Below, one piece after another: positions 58,968 to 64,000 of a stretch of DNA of 64,000 nucleotides. The stretch is from an uncultured Coriobacteriia bacterium (GTDB lineage Bacteria; Actinomycetota; Coriobacteriia; Anaerosomatales; PALSA-660), in contig CAVSCJ010000001.1 of NCBI GenBank assembly GCA_963726435.1, positions 199,208-263,207 of the forward strand, read 5' to 3'. A program made the translations under genes and the position numbers. Below the pieces are notes generated by a model. That model worked only from the letters and a program-made list of their open reading frames with translations, did no database searches and had not been told where the DNA came from. Every line of letters begins with the position of its first letter. The stretch's first letter is position 1.

Positions 58968-60365
58968 CTAGAACTGGAAGTAGATGAACGGCGCCAGCCT
59001 CTCCGGGGAGAGCGTCAGCACCCCGAGCACCACCACGGTGATGGCGAAGGCACCGGAGAAGGACAGGAGCCTGAGCCGCGTCGGCATGCCGCTGCGCGCG
59101 CCAACCCAGTGTGCGAGCACGACTGCCGGCAGCGCCAAGGCGAGAGAGGTCGGGAGCCAGTTGATGCCGCCGACGTCGCCCGTGAAGACCATCTTCGCGA
59201 CCACGGCAAGCGCCACTTGGAAGTCGGGAGACCGGAAGAACACCCACGACATACACAGGAAAGCGAAGGTCATGAGCCACGAGACAGCGCTGCCGAGCAA
59301 CGAGGCTGGGCGATCCTCGACCTTCGGAACCACCACTCGGAACAGGCGTTGCATGACCATCGCGAATCCGTGCAGCGCGCCCCAAGCCACAAAGTGCCAC
59401 GCCGCACCGTGCCACAGGCCGCTCAGCAGCATGACTGCCATCGTGTTCAGACTTGCCCGCGCCACGCCCCGGCGGTTGCCTCCGAGCGGGATGTAGACAT
59501 ACCTGCGGAACCACGTCGAGAGCGATATGTGCCAGCGACTCCAGAACTCCGACACGTTTCTCGACAGATACGGCATGTTGAAGTTGGCTGGTATCTCGAG
59601 ACCGAAGCAGCGGGCGCTAGCGATCGCGATGTCCGAATAGCCCGAGAAATCGCAGTAGATCTGCAACGCATACGCCACTGCGGCGAGCCAGACCGTGGGA
59701 GAACTGTAGAGGCCGGGGCGCGCATAGACGCTGTCGACGAACAGCGCCAGTGAGTCGGCGATCAGCACCTTCTTCACGAAGCCGAGAAGGAAGCCGGGCA
59801 AAGCGCGCTCGATGTTGTCCCAAGAGACGTCGAGGCGACGCTGCAGTTGGGGCAGGAAGTCGGCGGGCTTCAGGATCGGGCCGGCGACCAGGTGCGGAAA
59901 GAACATCACCAGCAGAGCCAGATCGGCAAAGGATCTGGCCTCTGGCTCGCCCCGATAGACATCGATCAAGTAGCTCAGAACTTCGAAGGTGACGAACGAG
60001 ATGCCGACCGGAAGGATGAGACCCAGAGACACCGGGTCCGGAACGCGAAGGACCGCGGCGATGGACCCGGAGAAGAAGTCGTAGTACTTGAACAGGCCGA
60101 GCACGCCCAGGTTCAGGGCTATTCCGATCACGAGGCCGGTACGTCGTGAGCGCGCGCCAGATGCGCGAGCGACGTAGCGTGCGGCCAAGAACGAGGCGCC
60201 AGCCATGGCGAGAAGGACTGGAACGAGACGCACTTCGAAGAACCCGTAGAACGCGCAGCTCGCAACCAGCAGGAAGACCCGTGATGAGCGCTCTCCGCGC
60301 ATCAGGCGAACGATCACGAGTGTCGCGGCCAAGAACGCGAGGTACTGCCACGTCACGAAGGACAT
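58968..60365 (-). CDS. MBOAT-family membrane O-acyltransferase (AlgI/DltB-like)
   Basis: ...FFPHLVAGPILKPADFLPQL...NVSEFWSRWHISLSTWFRRYVYIPLGGNRRG.... This includes the catalytic His region. Confidence 0.9.
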   Translation of the reverse strand: MSFVTWQYLAFLAATLVIVRLMRGERSSRVFLLVASCAFYGFFEVRLVPVLLAMAGASFLAARYVARASGARSRRTGLVIGIALNLGVLGLFKYYDFFSGSIAAVLRVPDPVSLGLILPVGISFVTFEVLSYLIDVYRGEPEARSFADLALLVMFFPHLVAGPILKPADFLPQLQRRLDVSWDNIERALPGFLLGFVKKVLIADSLALFVDSVYARPGLYSSPTVWLAAVAYALQIYCDFSGYSDIAIASARCFGLEIPANFNMPYLSRNVSEFWSRWHISLSTWFRRYVYIPLGGNRRGVARASLNTMAVMLLSGLWHGAAWHFVAWGALHGFAMVMQRLFRVVVPKVEDRPASLLGSAVSWLMTFAFLCMSWVFFRSPDFQVALAVVAKMVFTGDVGGINWLPTSLALALPAVVLAHWVGARSGMPTRLRLLSFSGAFAITVVVLGVLTLSPERLAPFIYFQF

Positions 60366-60366
60366 A

Positions 60367-61443
60367 TCAGTCGCCGCCGACCGTGTCGTGCGCGGATGTG
60401 AGGAACCGCACGAGTTCCGTCGCGACCACCGCGTGACCGCCGGCGTTCAAGTGCCCGTTCCCCGGCACAGTGTTGGCGAAGCCATTGAGGGGCTGGCGCG
60501 TCTCGGCGTAGCGCGCCGAGAGAGCGCCTCTGACGTCGATGAAACCGACCCCGACTCGGTCGCAGACGTCGTGGACGAGCGTTTCGGTGGCCGTCGGTAC
60601 GGTCGTATCGCCTAGCCAGTCGATCTGCGGGATGTAGAGGACCAGAAGATCCGACCCATACTCGTCGCGGAGCTTGGCTACGACCCATTCGACGATGCGC
60701 GGATCGGCTGAGTACTCGGTGACCGCGAATTGGGCAGGCGACGTGTCGGATGCCTCGAGGGCAGCGTCCTTCCAGATCTTCTGGTAGATGTAGTAGGCCG
60801 CTGGCACGCGCGGGCCCAGTTCGCGCAACCACCCGGCCACGGACTGCTCATTGGCGATTCGAACCGTCCAATCGCCGTCTCCAGGCTCCAGCCAACGGAC
60901 AGACCGCGTGCTGGTGAGCGACGGTCCGAAGTCTGCGTCGGCGAGTTGCACAACGACTTGAGTGGGTGCATAGGCGGCTTGCAGAGTGGGAGCAAGATAG
61001 AGGTAGTCTGCCGGACCGGCGCCCGCGACCCCCGCATTCACGCACGCCACCCGCCGTCCCCGGCTTGACAGCGCCTTCTCGACGCGCAGCACGAACGTCT
61101 CGTCGTCCATGACCTGGTAGGCCTCTGTGATGCTGTCCCCGAGGAACAGCACGCGTTCGGGGAACCCGCGCACGTCCGAGGGCTCAGGCGCCCGGAACCC
61201 CATGCTGTTCAGCCGTGTGGCGCAGTAGCCCTCGGTCCCGGAGACGAACAGCCCCGCGCGGCGGACGTTCCCAAGGACGGGATCGACCCTGCGGGCGGGC
61301 GCGTACGAGACAGTTGTCGCGACGACGATGTTGGCGACGACGAAGCCGACCAGAGCCCCCGCCGCAGCACGGCTCAATCGACTCAGCAGGGAGCCTCTAG
61401 AGAGAGAGGCGTCGCTCGGCGGAAGCACGGCCCGAGTTCGCAT
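60367..61443 (-). CDS. SGNH/GDSL hydrolase-fold protein with N-terminal anchor (AlgX/AlgJ/PatB-type partner of the MBOAT)
   Basis: ATG at 61443 after GGAGGGGGAAGG. A TM anchor, then the block I motif VLFLGDSITEAY. The stop is 1 nt before the MBOAT start. The upstream 94 residues in the track ORF are Arg/Cys-rich noise. Confidence 0.7.
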   Translation of the reverse strand: MRTRAVLPPSDASLSRGSLLSRLSRAAAGALVGFVVANIVVATTVSYAPARRVDPVLGNVRRAGLFVSGTEGYCATRLNSMGFRAPEPSDVRGFPERVLFLGDSITEAYQVMDDETFVLRVEKALSSRGRRVACVNAGVAGAGPADYLYLAPTLQAAYAPTQVVVQLADADFGPSLTSTRSVRWLEPGDGDWTVRIANEQSVAGWLRELGPRVPAAYYIYQKIWKDAALEASDTSPAQFAVTEYSADPRIVEWVVAKLRDEYGSDLLVLYIPQIDWLGDTTVPTATETLVHDVCDRVGVGFIDVRGALSARYAETRQPLNGFANTVPGNGHLNAGGHAVVATELVRFLTSAHDTVGGD

Positions 61444-61610
61444 GGATCGAGCCTTCCCCCTCCTCCACCGCAGTCCGCCCGTCGCAATTGTATGCGCGCG
61501 CGGCGCCTGCGGGCAGTGCTGTATCCTTGTGCGGGAGTCCGCGGGGGCGCACATGGAAGCATTGAGCGCACCTGCCGGGCATCCGTCCAGACACCGGCAA
61601 GGGAGCATCG

Positions 61611-62683
61611 ATGAGCGATCCCGATGGACGCGACTTCGAGGGCAAGCGCATCCTGGTGACCGGGGGGACGGGCTCGCTCGGACAGGTGCTCGTGCGCCGG
61701 CTGCTCTCCGGGGTGAACGGCACACCGGCGAAGGTCATCGTCTTCTCGCGCGACGAGGCCAAGCAGCACTACATGCGGCTGAGCTTCCAGCACCGGCGCG
61801 CCGCCACCGACGAGATCATCTACCGCAACTTCGAGCAGTGCCTGGAGTTCCGCATCGGCGACGTCCGCGACTACCACAGCGTCGCGGCCGCCCTGCGCGA
61901 CACCGACGTGGTGTTCAGCGCCGCCGCCCTCAAGCAGGTGCCCGACGTGCGAGTACTTCCCGTGGGAGGCCGTCCGCACCAACATCGAGGGAGCCGAGAA
62001 CATCGTTCGAGCCATCCGGGAATTCGACTTTCCCGTCGAGACGGTCGTCGGGATCTCGACGGACAAGGCCTGCAAGCCGGTCAACGTGATGGGCATGACC
62101 AAGGCCATCCAGGAGCGCGTGTACATCCAGGGGAACATGCGCCGCCCCGAGACCAGGTTCATCTGCGTTCGCTACGGCAACGTCCTGGCTTCTCGCGGCT
62201 CCGTCGTGCCCCTGTTCCTGGAACAGATCGCCGCCGGGGGACCGGTGACGATCACCACGCCGGACATGACGAGGTTCCTCCTCACGCTCGACGACGCGGT
62301 CGACACGATCTTCGCCGCCGTGCGAAGCGCGGCCCCCGGCGAGACGTACATCCCTCGCGTCCCCTCGGCGCGCATCGTCGACGTGGCCGAGGCGCTCATC
62401 GCCGGAGCCGACATCCCGATCGTGACGACCGGCATCCGTCCCGGCGAGAAGATCCACGAGATCCTGATCTCCGACGAGGAGTCGTACAGGACCGTCCACG
62501 GCGCCGAGGGCTACTACGCTCTGCGCCCGATGCTGCCGGAGGTCGCAGGCGACCTCGCCGTCGAACCGGTGCTGAAGGCGGAGTACAGCTCGGCGGACAA
62601 TCTGATGGCGGCATCGGAAGTGGTCGGCTACCTCGCCGACGCGTGTGCCGGAGGTCGCCGACGCGTCCTATCTGGAAGCGTGA
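61611..62683 (+). pseudogene. UDP-GlcNAc 4,6-dehydratase/5-epimerase of the CapE/FnlA/WbjB type, frame broken near 61944-61947 (and probably again near its 3' end)
   Basis: KRILVTGGTGSLGQVLVRRLL...VFSRDEAKQ...IGDVRDY...VFSAAALKQVP, then a 1-nt shift. It continues as CEYFPWEAVRTNIEGAENIV...STDKACKPVNVMGMTKA...VRYGNVLASRGSVVPLF...TTPDMTRFLLTLDDAV. In the reading frame no stop separates it from the next gene. An alternative frame ends ...DASYLEA-TGA at 62681-62683. Confidence 0.7.
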
Positions 62684-62691
62684 CAGGCGAC

Positions 62692-63790
62692 ATGAAGGTC
62701 ATCACCATCCTCGGAACGCGGCCTGAGATCATCCGGCTGCGCTGCGTCATCGACGTGCTCGACGACTCCTGCGACCACCTGCTCGTGCACACCGGCCAGA
62801 ACTTCGACCACCGCCTGAGCCAGCTGTTCTTCGACGAGCTGCGGCCTGCGCGAGCCGGACTTCCACCTGGGGGTGCGCGGGGACGGCTTCGCGGAGCAGA
62901 TCGGCCAGATCGTCTCGCGAGCCGGAGCCCTGTTCGCAGAGCAGCAGCCGGACGCGCTCCTCGTGCTCGGCGACACCAACTCGGGACTGAGCCGCGCGTC
63001 GTCGCCAAACGCATGGGCATCTCCGTGTTCCACATGGAGGCGGGGAACCGCTGCTACGACGACCGGGTCCCCGAAGAGGTCAACCGCCGGGTCATCGACC
63101 ACTCGAGCTCGGTGCTGATGCCCTACACCCATCGCAGTGCGGCGAACCTCGTGCGCGAGGGAATCGAGCGCCGGAGGGTGTTCGTCACCGGCAACCCGAT
63201 CAAGGAGGTGCTCGACCGCTACGCGGATCGGATCGCCGCCTCGCACTGCGCTGCCGGACCTCGGGCTCGACCGCGAGCGGATTCATGCTCGCCACCGTCC
63301 ATCGCGCGGAGACCGTCGACGTCGAGCCGCGGCTCCGCTCTCTGGCCTCCGCGCTCGAAGCTGTCGTCGCCAACTACGACATGCCGGTCGTGTGCTCGCT
63401 GCATCCGAGAACGGCCGATCGGATGAGGTCGTTCGGCGTGTCCGCGGACAGGGTGCGCTTCGTCGAGCCGCTCGGGCTCTTCGACTTCGTGGCCTTGGAG
63501 AAGGCGGCGTTCTGCGTGCTCAGCGACAGCGGCACCGTCCAGGAGGAGTGCTGCATCTTCGGCGTTCCGACGGTCACGCTGCGCGAGGTCACCGAGCGCC
63601 CCGAGACGATCGAGTGCGGCAGCAACATCCTGTCGGGCGTCGAGCCCGAGCCGGTGCTGAGCTGCGTCGGACCTCGCGGTGCGCCGACGCGGCGGATGGC
63701 GCCTCCAGCCGAGTACTTGGTCGACAACGTGTCCGAGACCGTCGCGCGCATCGTCGTCGGCCACTCTGTCCTCGAGTCGGTGCCGCATGA
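62692..63790 (+). pseudogene. UDP-N-acetylglucosamine 2-epimerase (non-hydrolysing type), at least five frame disruptions
   Basis: The sequence can be followed across frames: MKVITILGTRPEIIRL...LSQLFFDEL | GLREPDFHLGVRGDGFAEQIGQI...LVLGDTNSGLS | VVAKRMGISVFHMEAGNRCYDDRVPEEVNRRVIDH...VTGNPIKEVL...IAAS | TALPDLGLDRERI | MLATVHRAETVD...SLHPRT...VLSDSGTVQEECCIFGVPTVTLREVTERPETIE.... The shifts are at 62842, ~62990-63000, 63244, 63284 and near 63780. Confidence 0.7.
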
Positions 63791-64000
63791 GAGCGCTCGT
63801 CACGGGTGGCGCCGGGTTCATCGGCAGCAACCTGGTCGAGCTGCTGCTCGACGAGGGACACGAGGTCGTCGTACTCGACAACATCTCCTCCGGCTACGAG
63901 GAGAACCTGCTCGACGAAGCCGAGTTCGTCCGGGGGGATGTCACCGACGCCGACGTAGTCTGCTCGGCGATGTCGGGCTGCGATGCCGTGTTCCATCTCG
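63787..64000 (+). CDS. NAD-dependent epimerase/dehydratase (SDR family), N-terminal 71 aa; runs off the right edge
   Basis: The ATG at 63787 overlaps the TGA at 63788-63790. [41 protein letters not shown]...[11 protein letters not shown]. Confidence 0.8.
   Translation, partial: MRALVTGGAGFIGSNLVELLLDEGHEVVVLDNISSGYEENLLDEAEFVRGDVTDADVVCSAMSGCDAVFHL

Noticed and set aside
62086-63426. 446-aa ORF that reads as an FnlA C-terminus fused to a 2-epimerase
   Set aside because: It is a composite created by frame disruptions. The epimerase has its own ATG at 62692, 8 nt after a TGA in an alternative frame, and the ORF's last ~60 residues are Arg/Ser/Pro noise.

Overview
High-GC chromosomal segment with Actinomycetota-like codon usage and strong GGAGG-type RBSs. 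I saw no rRNA, tRNA, CRISPR array, transposase or integrase. Left third (1-20.9 kb): mfd (partial); a nonulosonic-acid module (neuA, a neuB::TIM-barrel fusion, a 653-aa putative transferase); a yhbD-like regulator plus bactofilin operon; tag and nth; DUF554, NYN and SPFH proteins. It also holds a Bcp peroxiredoxin whose peroxidatic-Cys codon is an in-frame TGA followed by a hairpin (candidate selenoprotein). The rest of this part is a cupredoxin lipoprotein, a YyaL-like protein, a methyltransferase, a DEAD-box helicase, a threonine aldolase and a DUF362 + polyferredoxin pair. Middle (20.9-32.3 kb): a complete F1Fo ATP synthase operon, atpZ-atpI-atpB-atpE-atpF-b'-(delta-like::alpha)-atpG-atpD-atpC, and a MacB-type ABC pair. 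Right half (32.5-64 kb): a large envelope-glycan/EPS locus. It contains two radical SAM enzymes, WbpB/D/E-like amino-sugar enzymes, DUF4012, two paralogous secreted GHL-type proteins, two FemAB-like proteins, CE4 deacetylases and GT4 glycosyltransferases. It also contains a BY-kinase, a Wzy-like protein, an MsbA-like ABC exporter, an MBOAT+SGNH pair, and FnlA-like and 2-epimerase genes. One of the two GHL-type genes sits behind a c-di-GMP-I (GEMM-I)-like leader. The sequence as given carries at least 13 single-nucleotide frame disruptions in otherwise well-conserved genes. I cannot tell from one sequence whether these are assembly indels or real decay. The ORF track also contains many long Arg/Pro-rich antisense or out-of-frame ORFs typical of GC-rich DNA, and I ignored them.
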